Assembly: GCA_963734495.1 (NCBI GenBank)
Contig: CAVTHK010000008.1
Span: 25,808-89,807, forward strand
Source of the DNA: an uncultured Spirochaetota bacterium
GTDB taxonomy: Bacteria; Spirochaetota; Spirochaetia; SZUA-6; CAVTHK01
DNA: 64,000 nucleotides
Reading direction: 5' to 3'
A program made the position numbers and the translations under genes. The notes beneath the pieces are model-generated. The model saw nothing but the letters and a program-made list of their open reading frames with translations, was not told the DNA's origin and did not search any database. Below, one piece after another: positions 40,941 through 51,546 of this stretch. How positions within the stretch are numbered: the stretch's first letter is position 1; each line of letters begins with the position of its first letter.

Positions 40941-41852
40941 GTGAATCAGAGACAACGAGACAAAGCGCTGAGAGAGCTTCCCCTGTACATCATGCTGATT
41001 CCAGCGGTCGTCCTTGTGGCCATCTACAGCTACGGCTCCATGGCGGGCGTCGTCATCGCCTTCCAGAAGTTCGTCGCGGCCAAAGGCTTTTTCGGGGAAC
41101 AGAAATGGGTGGGGCTCCAGAACTTCAGAACGCTGTTCGCCATGCCCAGCATCTGGCTGGTCATCCGCAACACGGTCGTCATCGCGCTGGGCAAGATGGT
41201 CGGCGGCATAGCAGTTCCGGTCGTGTTCGCGCTGCTCCTGAACGAAGTCGGGAGCGTCTCCGCGAAGCGCTTCTTCCAGACTCTGGTCTACCTGCCGAAT
41301 TTCCTGTCATGGGTCATTCTGGCCGGCATCCTCATCGAGGTTCTGTCTCCGAGCGAAGGCTTCGTCAACGTTCTCCTGTCCAGGCTCGGGATCAAGCCGA
41401 TCTTCTTTCTGGGCAATGCGAAAGTGTTTCCGGCCACGATGATCCTGACCGATATCTGGAAAGGTTTCGGATTCGGATCGGTGATTTACCTGGCCGCCCT
41501 GACGAGCATAGACCCGGGGCTCTACGAGTCTGCGGTGATCGACGGCGCGAACCGGTGGCAGCAGACAGGACACATCACTCTGCCCGGCATCTCGAGCACG
41601 ATCGTGCTGATGACCGTGCTGAGCCTGGCGAATATCCTCAACGGCGGTTTCGACCAGATCTACAACATGTACAGCCCCGTGGTCTACTCCACCGGCGATA
41701 TTCTGGATACGTTCGTCTACCGGCTCGGCATCGAGCAGGCCCAGTACTCGCTCTCGACGGCCGCCGGCCTGTTCAAATCGGTCGTATCGCTGGTGTTCAT
41801 CGTGGCATCCTACTATCTGGCCGACAGGCTTGCCGGATACAGGGTGTTCTGA
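40941..41852 (+). CDS. Carbohydrate ABC permease (LplB-like)
   Basis: YLPNFLSWV; LYESAVIDGANRW. Confidence 0.92.
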   Translation: MNQRQRDKALRELPLYIMLIPAVVLVAIYSYGSMAGVVIAFQKFVAAKGFFGEQKWVGLQNFRTLFAMPSIWLVIRNTVVIALGKMVGGIAVPVVFALLLNEVGSVSAKRFFQTLVYLPNFLSWVILAGILIEVLSPSEGFVNVLLSRLGIKPIFFLGNAKVFPATMILTDIWKGFGFGSVIYLAALTSIDPGLYESAVIDGANRWQQTGHITLPGISSTIVLMTVLSLANILNGGFDQIYNMYSPVVYSTGDILDTFVYRLGIEQAQYSLSTAAGLFKSVVSLVFIVASYYLADRLAGYRVF

Positions 41853-41865
41853 GGAGAAAGGGACG

Positions 41866-42760
41866 ATGAAGGAATCCGTACCGCGCAGAGTATTCCTCGT
41901 GCTCAACACGGTTTTCCTGCTGCTCGTGGCGCTCCTTTGCATATCGCCGTTCGTCAACCTGCTGGCGGTCTCTTTCTCCAACAAGGTTTCCGTCGCCGCG
42001 GGCGAAGTCACCTTCTTCCCGGTCGGCTTCACGACGGTGTCGTACGAGTTCATCACGAACACCTCGAAGTTCATCGAGTCTCTCGCGGTCTCTCTCAAGC
42101 GGACGGCGATCGGCGTCCCGCTCAATCTCCTGTTGATCATCATGACGGCCTATCCCCTTTCGAAGTCCAGAGCAGGATTTCGGGGCGCGGAACTTCTTCT
42201 CCTGGTTCTTTGTCGTGACGATTCTCTTCCACGCCGGTTTGATACCCACGTACATGGTGGTCAGGACTACAGGCCTGATCGACAAGATCTGGGCGCTCGT
42301 TCTGCCGGGCGCGGTCCCGGTCTTCAGCATGCTGGTGGTCATGAACTACATGCGCAGCCTGCCGAAGGAGCTGGAGGAGGCGGCGTACATGGACGGCGCG
42401 ACTCACGTGCAGACGCTGATCCAGGTCATTCTGCCGGTCTCGACGCCCACGATCGCAACGGTGGCGTTGTTTTCGTTCGTCGGACACTGGAACAGCTGGT
42501 TCGACGGAATGATCTACATGAACAAGGTCCAGCACTATCCTCTGCAGACCTACCTGCAGACGGTCGTGGTGAATCCCGAGGAGTTCATGCGCAGCAACAC
42601 GGACCTGAGCGGCAACCTGGCCCGATACCTGGCGCTTGTCAGCGCGCGCACCACCGGCGCGGCGCAGATGTTCCTCGCGATGATACCGATCCTGTGCGTC
42701 TATCCGTACCTGCAGAAGTACTTTACGACCGGGCTCGTGCTGGGCAGCGTCAAGGGGTGA
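41866..42760 (+). CDS. Carbohydrate ABC permease (LplC-like), frameshift near 42190
   Basis: N half ...TAYPLSK; C half LEEAAYMDGA...YPYLQKYFTTGLVLGSVKG. Confidence 0.88.
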
Positions 42761-42855
42761 GCCGCCGAGCGCGCCCGGTGGCTCAGCCGACGCCGTCATC
42801 AGCCGGTCGACGCGCTCGCCGGCCTGCGTGCGGCGGCATGGACGCGACCGGCCGA

Positions 42856-44097
42856 TTACGGTCGAGCGGCGCGCGTGCCGGCCGGCTCAGGACGCTTTGC
42901 GAGAACCGCTCGAAAAAGGACCGCCCCGCACGACAGCGTGATCACCCCGGCTACCACCGCTACCGTGGTGAAGCTCGCGGCAAAGCCGCGCGCGTCGATG
43001 AGCCGTCCCACCAGAGGCGTCAGGACGCCGCCTGCTTCCATGCCCGAGAAGAAGTACAATCCCAGGACAGTCGATCGGCGGCGCGCCGGAATGCTCGCCA
43101 CCAGAAACGCTTCCGAGGTCGGGCCTCGGAAGAACATGAGAGAGCCGATCGCGAGGAGCGTCGCCGCCAGGGGCAGGCCGAACGGGACCGCGACGAGCAG
43201 CAGGAGAGCCGGCGGGAGAAGCACGCCGACCGCGACCACGAGCCGCAGCGGGCCGAATCGGTCGGACAGGTGGCCCGCGAGCGGCCCAGCCACGAACGCG
43301 GTAAAGTACGCCAGGGACAGATAGGCGGCGGCGAGCTGCGTGCTTGCGCCGTGAGTGTCCACGATGAACAGGGGCACAAAAGCGAGAACTGAAGTCACCG
43401 TGGCCGAGATCGTCGTGGAAAGCACGAGCAACGCCGCGATCTGCAAAACGGGGACAGGCGCACCGTCGGTCTTCTCGGCTTCGGCGAAGCCGCCCCGCGA
43501 GGGGCGTGGCGCGGCCCCGCGCCCGAGCAGCGCGTAGAGCAGAACCCCGAAAGCCAGCACGGGAAGCGAAACGGCCAGGAAAGCGCCCCGCCAGCCCCAG
43601 AGGCCCGCGAGGAAAACACCGAGCAGGGGCGCCACAAAGTGGCTCGCCCCGCCTCCGGCGAGGTGGAAGCCGAGGGCCCGGCCTCGTGTCTCCGACGGCA
43701 CGGCGGTCCAGATCACCGGCGAGGCGGCGGGGTGATAGCCTCCGCCTGCCACCCCCATCAGGATCAGGGCGGCCACAGCGAACGCGTACCCCGGTGCGAT
43801 CCCCAGCAGGGCGCCGGCGAGTGCCACGCCGGCGATCCCGAACGTCAGCAGTCCTCTTGGTCCTATGCGGTCGGCGAGCCAGCCGGCAGGGGGCTGGCCG
43901 ATGCCGTAGGCGAGCGCGAACGCGGAGACCACGACACCGGCCTCGGCATAGGTCAGCCCGAAGCCGTCGCGTATGAAAGGCAGCAGCGGGACGACGAGCG
44001 CGGTGACGAGATGGTGAAAGAAGTGCGCCCCCGCCATGAGCGCAACCAGCGATCCGGGTTTCACCAGCGGTTGCACCCGGGGAGGAGACGAATCCAC
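42856..44097 (-). CDS. MFS transporter
   Basis: AHFFHH...PLLPFI; GWLADRIGPR motif A; YHPAA; GHLSDRFG. Confidence 0.88.
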   Translation of the reverse strand: MDSSPPRVQPLVKPGSLVALMAGAHFFHHLVTALVVPLLPFIRDGFGLTYAEAGVVVSAFALAYGIGQPPAGWLADRIGPRGLLTFGIAGVALAGALLGIAPGYAFAVAALILMGVAGGGYHPAASPVIWTAVPSETRGRALGFHLAGGGASHFVAPLLGVFLAGLWGWRGAFLAVSLPVLAFGVLLYALLGRGAAPRPSRGGFAEAEKTDGAPVPVLQIAALLVLSTTISATVTSVLAFVPLFIVDTHGASTQLAAAYLSLAYFTAFVAGPLAGHLSDRFGPLRLVVAVGVLLPPALLLLVAVPFGLPLAATLLAIGSLMFFRGPTSEAFLVASIPARRRSTVLGLYFFSGMEAGGVLTPLVGRLIDARGFAASFTTVAVVAGVITLSCGAVLFRAVLAKRPEPAGTRAARP

Positions 44098-44253
44098 TGC
44101 GACCACCTTTCGACACGCCGGCTCACGCGGCCGCGCACCGCGCGTGAGCCTTGCGCCAGATGATACAGCAGCCTGCCCTCCGCGTCGACTGCGCGGGCGT
44201 CCCCGAGACGAGCGCCGCTTGCGTCTGGCGCCGCACCCGGTTACGCTGGACGC

Positions 44254-44794
44254 ATGAAAGAGATCTACAGTCTGCTCGCAGAGTACAACGCGAACGCCAA
44301 CGGGATTCTGTTGGGCGTCCTCGAAAAAGCGCCGGCCGGGCTGGTGACCAGAGATGCAGGTTCCTACTTCGGCACCATCCTCGGGGTCCTCAACCACATC
44401 CTGCGCTCGGACCTGGGCTACCTGGCTCGTATCCGGGCCAGCCAGCCCGGGTTCAAGTCGCTCGCGGCTCCGGCGGCGGCGTACGACCCGGCGACCGCTC
44501 CGAAGCAGCTCTATGACAACTTCGCCGATCTTACGAAGCGTCGCAGGCAGGTAGACGAGGTATTCACAGTGTTCGCGGCGGAGCTCACCGGACGAAACAC
44601 TCAAATGGGAAATTCGCATGACCAACGCCAGAGGCGAAGCCGAGAGCTTTGCCGTCTGGGAGGTCCTGACACAGCTTTTCAACCACCAGACGCACCACCG
44701 CGGCCAGATCTCCCAGATCCTGGACGCCGCGAAGATCGAGCACGACTTCTCGAGCGTCACGACGGTGGTGCGGGCGCGGAGGGCGCGGCGGTAG
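44254..44794 (+). CDS. DinB/YfiT-like metal-binding protein, frameshift near 44590
   Basis: YNANAN...GSYFGTILGVLNHIL..D, then in shifted frame LFNHQTHHRGQISQILD. Confidence 0.85.
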
Positions 44795-44883
44795 GGCGAA
44801 CAGCCGCCAGGGCTCCCGCCGCCCGCGCACCGTCGCCATCCGAGCGTCGAGCCCGGGCGCGCCAAGGCTTCGGAGGCACAGGA

Positions 44884-46122
44884 ATGCACGCGGAAATCGT
44901 CATGATCGGAACCGAGCTCCTGCTCGGCGAGATCGTCGACACCAACGCAGTGTTGCTCGCCAGGATGCTTCGGGACGTAGGAATCGATCTCTTCTACAAG
45001 ACGACGGTCGGCGACAACGAACAACGAATCACCGAAGTGCTCGACCGCGCCCTTGACCGCTCCCACATCGTGGTTACATCGGGCGGCCTCGGGCCCACGG
45101 CAGACGACGTGACGCGGCAGGCCGTGGCCCGGGCCACGGGGCGCGCCCTGGTCCACAGCGCGGAGCTGGAGGCTCAGATCGCCGCCCGGTTCCGCAGCTT
45201 TGGTCGGGCGATGGCGGAGAACAACAGGCAGCAGGCCTTTCTGCCGGAAGGCGCCCTGCCGCTCCCCAATCCGGTGGGCACGGCCCCTTGCTTTCTCAGC
45301 GAGGACACCAGGGGCCGTGGATTCGTCGTCTCGCTGCCTGGCGTTCCTCGCGAGCTCGAGTACATGATGACCCATACCGTCCTGCCGCTCCTGGTAGAGC
45401 GCGCCGGCGGCAAGAAGACCCTCAAGGTCCGCGTCCTGCGGACCTGCGCCGTAGGTGAAAGCAACGTCGACCGGGCTATCCGCGACCTGGAGCTGCTGGC
45501 CAACCCGACTGTGGGGCTGTCGGCCCACGCCGGGCAGACCGACGTGCGCATCACTGCCAAGGCAGACACCGAGGCCGAGGCGCTCTCGCTGATTGCGCCC
45601 GTCGAAGCGGCGATCCGAAAGGCGCTTGGAGTAGCGATTTACGGAGTCGAGGGCCAGTCGGTGGCCGAGGTCGTGGGCCGGCTGATCTCCGACGCAGGTC
45701 TTGCGCTCGGCGTACTGGACACCGTCACCGACGGTCAGCTGGTGGTCGAGCTGCAGACGGCGGGCTACGGCGCGAGCGTGGCGAGAGATCTTCACCCGCA
45801 CACCCTGTCGGAGGTCTCGAGGTTCGTAGAGCTCGACATGAAGGACCGCGCAATCCCGACTCCGGCCGGCGAAGGGGCGCAGCTCGCCCTGTCTCTTGCG
45901 GAGAAGGTGGCCCCGCCGGGCGGCATCGGGCTTGCCCTCGTCGGTCCCTTCTCCGAAGAGACCGTCGCCATGGCCGTCTGCGGTCCGGGCGAGCTGCGCG
46001 TGGTGCGCTCGACGAGAGGCTTTCGACGCGAGCCCGAATACCGCAGGCGCTGGCTGATCATACAGGGTCTGGACTGGATTCGGCGGTCGTTGCTCCGGGA
46101 GCTGGATTCACCTGTCGACTAG
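44884..46122 (+). CDS. cinA: CinA-family protein (molybdopterin-binding-like domain; divergent C-terminal domain)
   Basis: AEIVMIGTELLLGEIVDTNA; VGDN; SGGLGPTADD; LPGVPRE. Confidence 0.88.
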   Translation: MHAEIVMIGTELLLGEIVDTNAVLLARMLRDVGIDLFYKTTVGDNEQRITEVLDRALDRSHIVVTSGGLGPTADDVTRQAVARATGRALVHSAELEAQIAARFRSFGRAMAENNRQQAFLPEGALPLPNPVGTAPCFLSEDTRGRGFVVSLPGVPRELEYMMTHTVLPLLVERAGGKKTLKVRVLRTCAVGESNVDRAIRDLELLANPTVGLSAHAGQTDVRITAKADTEAEALSLIAPVEAAIRKALGVAIYGVEGQSVAEVVGRLISDAGLALGVLDTVTDGQLVVELQTAGYGASVARDLHPHTLSEVSRFVELDMKDRAIPTPAGEGAQLALSLAEKVAPPGGIGLALVGPFSEETVAMAVCGPGELRVVRSTRGFRREPEYRRRWLIIQGLDWIRRSLLRELDSPVD

Positions 46123-46396
46123 AGGCCCAGCCCGAGCCGACATGCACGCCCCTTCGCCGCGCGGCGATTCGCCGGAGTGGTGGCGTCCTCGAAGACGCCC
46201 CCATCAAAGGCGCTCATCGCACCCGAAGCCGATGATCCGGACGCCCCCAGGATGAAACGCCAAGCGACTTGGGAAAACGCTTCGTGCTGACTGGCGATCA
46301 TCTGAACGCGCTCATGGCACGCCCGTGAGCGGCCAGCGAAATCCGGCGGGTCATCCGGACGGACCCGAAAAGCCTCTCCCTCAATCCTTCATCGTT

Positions 46397-47335
46397 TCAA
46401 AGCTTTTCTACTGCGTCAGGCGTCCTGGCCTTGGGCTGCCGTGCGGGAACAGCGCCCGCCAGAAAAGCTGACGCATACCGAACGCGCCAATCAGGCCTCG
46501 TCTTGTCGAGGGGCTCCAAGCCCCAGTATTTCCATGGCCAGTCGTGTCTCAACGATCGATCACCGTCGTGGATGTCTTCCATCAGATCCACAAGCGGCTT
46601 CCAACCCAGATCCCGTGCGACTCTTGTTCGAACCTGCAGATCGATTCCGGAAACGAACACGTACCCACCCGCACGGACCAATCCGGCAATGTTGCGTAGA
46701 CATTCTTCTGCGTCATGCTCATCCATGTGACACAGGAAATTGTTCGCCACCACGATATCCTGCGGACCGAGGATTGCGTGCAATCGCGGGTCTCTGGCGT
46801 CGCCGTGGTGCCACGTTATTCCGTCCCTGATCCATTGTTTGACCCTGACGGAATCCTCCCCCGCGTCGAACATTTCCCTCATCTCCTGTTCGGTCAAACG
46901 CTCGAAGGTCTTTGCCTCGCTGAACTCCGAATTGCGCAGGGAGTAGACTCCCCTCTGCGCAAACTCCAGTACTTCCTTCGAAATATCGACGGCATGCAGA
47001 ATGACCTTCAGGTCGGGCCGCGCTGAACGAACAGCCCACAAGATGGAATAGACCTCTGCCCCTTTGCTGCACGCGATCACCGAGATATTCAGGGGTGCCG
47101 CGGTTTCTTTCTGATTTGCGAGACGACAGATCAGTTCCAGTTGCGGGCGGTTTCGCAGGAACAGTGTGCCGAAATTCTGCCCTCTTGTGGCGGTTGTGCG
47201 GACAAGCCGATGCAGGAGGTTTCCGTAGGCGCGGACCGCGCGAAGATCTCTCGGCAACGGAGGGAGACGATTCCAGAGCCATTGATTCAGGCGCAGATAT
47301 GCCCTGATCGGCGATTTCCCGAATACTTTGAACAT
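46397..47335 (-). CDS. CheR-like SAM-dependent methyltransferase (catalytic domain only)
   Basis: TLFLRN; ACSKGAEVYSI; AVDIS..VLEFAQRGVY; DIVVANNFL. Confidence 0.8.
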   Translation of the reverse strand: MFKVFGKSPIRAYLRLNQWLWNRLPPLPRDLRAVRAYGNLLHRLVRTTATRGQNFGTLFLRNRPQLELICRLANQKETAAPLNISVIACSKGAEVYSILWAVRSARPDLKVILHAVDISKEVLEFAQRGVYSLRNSEFSEAKTFERLTEQEMREMFDAGEDSVRVKQWIRDGITWHHGDARDPRLHAILGPQDIVVANNFLCHMDEHDAEECLRNIAGLVRAGGYVFVSGIDLQVRTRVARDLGWKPLVDLMEDIHDGDRSLRHDWPWKYWGLEPLDKTRPDWRVRYASAFLAGAVPARQPKARTPDAVEKL

Positions 47336-47391
47336 GACGATCTTCTCCAGAAATGGGCGGGACAGCCGCGCCGCGTGGCAGCCACAGTCTG

Positions 47392-48490
47392 TCATGTGCT
47401 CATCAAGGGGGTGCGTCGGGGTGCGCCACCCTGCGCAGCGCCTGAAGGCTCCATTTTCTGCCACATATCATTGAATACAAGGCTGTACTGTTCATCCAGG
47501 GCCTCGCGGAACTCTTCAACGCGTTGTCTGATCTTTGCTTTGAGCACATCTCGGTCTCTTTCGAGACCTCTGAATTGCTCGATCAACCTGGAAGAATCGA
47601 GCTGATTGATGTCGTTGGAGTATCGCGACAAGTCCATCTGCGCCATCAAAGAGACGCACTTGTGATGAAATGAGATCGAGAGGACTGGCTTGTTGAGAAC
47701 CAGGGACAGCACCAGGTTGTGGAACCTGGTAGCTACCACGAAGTCGGTGGCAGCGATCTGCGACAGCAGTTGCTCGACAGTGAGAGCCGGTTCGTGGATG
47801 ACACGCTTCTCATCTTCCGGCAGCAACGACCCTTTGAGCAGGTCTTTGAACTCTTGCGTCACATGCTGGTCCCACCAGATCTCTCCGGTCAGTATTCGGA
47901 CATCGTATTGTCGAGCCAACAGCCATCTCACGAACGCTGCCAGGTTCTCCAGATAGGACAGGTAGATCGCGTGATCTGGTCTCTCGCTGCTGTACTTACC
48001 CGCATCGTCCATCAGACCGATGCCCACAACCGTTCGTTCCGATTGCTGGTTTACGAATTGCGGCAACGCGATCTCGGGCAAGCTGAATGCCAGATCCGGA
48101 TATACAGGGTCGCCGCTCGTCTCGAATCCGATACTCCCAAGAAGACTCCTGCTGGACTGATCACGATAGGAACGAAAATCTGCCAGACGCAGGGAGGCTG
48201 CAGTGAACCATCTGCCCAGGGCGCTGTAGATGGGGCCGGCGCCAACGCATACAAAGAGTAGCTTGCACCCGCAAAGCTTCGAAATCATCGACCATTTGAA
48301 CAGATTGTAGGGCCCCCATTCGACAAAGACGCCGTATGCATCCGTCAGCAATCCCGTTCCTGCCACAATGAACATATCTACGCCATGGAGAATCCTGATA
48401 CCGTCGAGCCACCGATAGATCTCTCTGGGAACTCCGAGAGTGACCTTGTGGAGGAATCTTGCCAGGGGGTTTCGTTCCCGAGATTGCCCT
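47392..48490 (-). pseudogene. Polysaccharide pyruvyl transferase family protein, apparently 5'-truncated
   Basis: VAGTGLLTD; VGAGP; SYRDQSS; PDLAF; VATRFH; the usual N-terminal GNxG segment and a clear start are not visible. Confidence 0.7.
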
Positions 48491-48820
48491 CGCCGAAATT
48501 GTCCGGGCGGCGGCCCGGTTTCGGCGCCTGGGTGCAGCAGGCACTCGGACTGCCGCACCTGATCGTTTCGCTGATGCCCGGACCCCTGGAAGCCCGGTTG
48601 GGCGAGGCCGTCGATAACGGCCGGTAGGACACCGCGACAGCAGCTTGGTCCCTGCGATATTGCGATCTGGAGCCGCCAGGACGGAGGCGGGCGACCGTGG
48701 TGCCGGCCATTCCGAGGGGGTGGGGCGCCTTGCGGCGGCCTTCACCTTTGAAGATCCGCAACTGCCTTGAGTCCCGCCAAACAGCGCCACAACGACAGAG
48801 AGAGGCGGCTTCTGCGCAGT

Positions 48821-48877
48821 GCTGGACGAAATCGCTGGACGAAATCGCTTGACAGGCAAACATGTTCGCTATGTAAT
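48821..48877 (+). promoter_or_regulatory. Promoter with 13-bp tandem repeat abutting -35
   Basis: GCTGGACGAAATC x2, then GCTTGACA; TTGACA(48849-48854)-N17-TGTAAT(48872-48877). Confidence 0.55.
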
Positions 48878-48905
48878 GCTCCTATTCAAAAGGAGGGACT
48901 CACTA

Positions 48906-50201
48906 ATGAGGCGAGCGGTATCTCTTGTCTTCGTGGCTGTCATGCTGTCGCTGGCGATCTTGCCGTCCGCAGCCCAGGAAGTCATCAATTTCTGGCACAC
49001 GGGCGGGTCAGGCGCGCTGCAGCAGGCCGTCAAGTACGCGGTTGAGAAGTTCAACACCACGGTGGGCGCGCAAAAGGGCATCAAGGTCGTGGACACCTAC
49101 ATCGGAGGATACGACCCGCTCACCGCAAAGATCCAGTTGGCGGTGCAGGCCGGCGAGCAGCCCCAGGTCGCCATCCTGGCCAACACGATGGTCGGCTGGT
49201 TCATGGACGACGGCGTTCTCGCGGACATGATGCCCTATGCCAAGGCAGACGGCTTCAGTGTTACCAACATCATGTCGCCGTTCATGCTGACGATGGGCAA
49301 CCGCGAGGGCAAGCTGCACTCCGTCCCCTTCTTCCGTTCGACCCCGCTGCTCTATTACAACAAGGGCATGGCGGCCAAGGCCGGCGTGACTCCTCCGACC
49401 ACCATGCAGGAGCTCGAGGCCTTTGGCAAGGCGCTTTACAAGAAGGACGCGAAGGGCGAAGTCCAGGTCTGGGGGTTCGAGTGCCTCAAGGACTTCGGCT
49501 ACTACAACGCCGCGAACCTCTGGCAGCTGGGCTCCAGCATGTTCAACGAAAAAGGCACGGCCTCCCCGGCCCTGCAGGACGGAACGATGCTCAAGGTCCT
49601 TTCCGACTGGCGCCGCTGGGTCGACGAGGGCTGGTGCCGCCCGTTCGACTCCACGGAACAGGGCGCAAAGATGAGCGAGCTCTTCTACCAGGGCAAGCTG
49701 GCGAGCATGTGGCAGTCCTGCGGCGCCCTGAGGAACACGATGAACGGGGCTTCGGCCGCCGGCATCGAGCTGGGCGTCATGCCGTTCACCACCTATGACA
49801 CCAAGAAACCCGTCAGCGAGATCGGCGGCGGCAACGTCGGCATCATCGGCAAGGGCAACAGCAAGAAGCAGATCGCCGCATCCTGGGAGTTCATCAAGGT
49901 GCTGATGTCCGACGACGTCGTGGCCAACACCTCGATCGCCACCGGCTACCTCCCGGTCACCAACTCGGTCTCGACCTTCAAGACCATGACCGATTACTGG
50001 AAGACGAATCCTCTGGCCAAGGTCGCCTACGACCAGCTCGGGACGGCCGTCCCGCAGGAGTTCCCCTACGTTCCTTTCCTGCAGGATTTCACCATCGTCT
50101 GCTGGGATGCGTCGTCGCTGCTCATCCAGGACCGGAGCTTGACGCCGCAACAGGCGGTCGACTACATCAAGAAGAACACCGCTGATCTCTTCCGCCGATG
50201 A
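48906..50201 (+). CDS. ABC substrate-binding protein, UgpB-like
   Basis: Signal peptide; INFWH; PFFRSTPLLYYNK; GGGN; TGYLPV. Confidence 0.88.
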   Translation: MRRAVSLVFVAVMLSLAILPSAAQEVINFWHTGGSGALQQAVKYAVEKFNTTVGAQKGIKVVDTYIGGYDPLTAKIQLAVQAGEQPQVAILANTMVGWFMDDGVLADMMPYAKADGFSVTNIMSPFMLTMGNREGKLHSVPFFRSTPLLYYNKGMAAKAGVTPPTTMQELEAFGKALYKKDAKGEVQVWGFECLKDFGYYNAANLWQLGSSMFNEKGTASPALQDGTMLKVLSDWRRWVDEGWCRPFDSTEQGAKMSELFYQGKLASMWQSCGALRNTMNGASAAGIELGVMPFTTYDTKKPVSEIGGGNVGIIGKGNSKKQIAASWEFIKVLMSDDVVANTSIATGYLPVTNSVSTFKTMTDYWKTNPLAKVAYDQLGTAVPQEFPYVPFLQDFTIVCWDASSLLIQDRSLTPQQAVDYIKKNTADLFRR

Positions 50202-50210
50202 CTGATCCCG

Positions 50211-50255
50211 CGGCGGATCGGCGAGGGCCCCTGACGGGGCCTTCGCCGACCGCTG
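50211..50255 (+). terminator. Intercistronic stem-loop after SBP gene
   Basis: TCGGCGAGGGCCCC-tgac-GGGGCCTTCGCCGA. Confidence 0.55.
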
Positions 50256-50484
50256 CGGAGATGCGGTCGCTCGGGCAACGCGCCGTCGGCACCCTGTCAT
50301 GGAGAGCGTGTTGAAGCTCGGTCGCGCTATCGCCGGCCGGGAGTCGCGCGCGAGCAGGCGGCACGGAGTTGACTGCTCGAACGCCTTTCTGTATAGCGGC
50401 CGGCGTACACGTGAGCCTCGGCAGTTTCCCGCTCGTGTCCACCGCAAAGATTCCGGTACCTGTCTCTTCGGGGGTGAAGCGTAA

Positions 50485-51546
50485 ATGGCTGGTATAGAGT
50501 TCAAGAAGGTCAGCAAATCCTTTGGCCATACCAAGGTCATCGAGAACCTGGACCTCACGATTCAGGACGGGAAGTTCACCGTGCTGGTCGGCGCTTCCGG
50601 ATGCGGCAAGACCACCCTTCTGCGCATGATCGCCGGAATCGGCCCCGCGACCTCCGGCCATATCCTGATGGACGGCAGGGACATCACCGACCTCGCGCCG
50701 GGCAAGCGCGACATCGCCATGGTCTTTCAGAACTACGCGATCTACCCGACGATGTCGGTAAGGGAGAACATCGAGTTCGGCCTGAAGAACAAGAGGGTGG
50801 CCAGGGAGGAGCGTGAGCGCCTGATCGGGGAGGTGACCGATTCGGTGGGCCTTTCGGAATACCTGCATCGGAAGCCCGGCACGCTTTCCGGCGGCCAACG
50901 GCAGCGCGTGGCGCTGGCGCGCGCCATGGTCAAGAAACCCAAGGTATTCCTGATGGACGAGCCGCTCTCCAACCTGGACGCGAAGCTGCGGATCGCGATG
51001 CGCGTGGAGCTCATCGAGCTGCATGAAAAGCTCAAGACCACGTTCGTCTACGTCACCCACGACCAGGTCGAAGCCATGTCCATGGCGGACGTGATCGTCC
51101 TGATGGACAAGGGAGGGATTGAGCAGGAAGGCTCCCCGCGGGACATCTACAGCGATCCCAACAGCGTTTTCGTCGCGCAGTTCATCGGCTCCCCCGCGAT
51201 GAACATCCTGGAGATGCGGGATGGGCTCAAGGTGGGTTTCCGGCCCGAAAAGGCCGTCATGGCCAAGGCTCCGGCGAGCGCCAAGTTCAGGCGTCGCGGA
51301 CGGATCGTCACCCACGAGATGCTCGGGTCGGAGACGATCTACAAGGTCGTCATGGGGCCGTTTTCCGCGATGGTCAAGAGCCTGAACGACGATTTCACGA
51401 GCGGGGACGAGGTGATCGTCAACGTCGCCGCCGAACACGTCTACTACTTCGGCCAGGACGGCCGGCGCATCCGCAAGTCGGACGTGCAGGCTTACGAAAG
51501 AGCGCAGGCCATGGCGGAGGAACTGAACGATGATGCCCGAAGCTGA
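50485..51546 (+). CDS. ABC ATP-binding protein, MalK/UgpC family
   Basis: GASGCGKTT; LSGGQRQRVAL; DEPLSNLDAKLR; VTHDQ. Confidence 0.95.
   Translation: MAGIEFKKVSKSFGHTKVIENLDLTIQDGKFTVLVGASGCGKTTLLRMIAGIGPATSGHILMDGRDITDLAPGKRDIAMVFQNYAIYPTMSVRENIEFGLKNKRVAREERERLIGEVTDSVGLSEYLHRKPGTLSGGQRQRVALARAMVKKPKVFLMDEPLSNLDAKLRIAMRVELIELHEKLKTTFVYVTHDQVEAMSMADVIVLMDKGGIEQEGSPRDIYSDPNSVFVAQFIGSPAMNILEMRDGLKVGFRPEKAVMAKAPASAKFRRRGRIVTHEMLGSETIYKVVMGPFSAMVKSLNDDFTSGDEVIVNVAAEHVYYFGQDGRRIRKSDVQAYERAQAMAEELNDDARS

Noticed and set aside
42856-45801. 981-aa minus-strand ORF
   Set aside because: Only the last ~410 aa are a real MFS; the rest is the antisense shadow of DinB and cinA.
44254-46122. DinB-CinA fusion protein of 622 aa
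   Set aside because: Produced by a frameshift near 44590; DinB's HQTHHRGQ end is in another frame with its own stop, and cinA has its own RBS and ATG at 44884.
547-51438. Numerous long overlapping Arg/Ala/Pro-rich ORFs in the ORF track (e.g. 2951-4969, 10060-12120, 16279-18264, 37126-39498)
   Set aside because: Shadow frames typical of high-GC DNA, overlapping well-supported genes and lacking any motifs.
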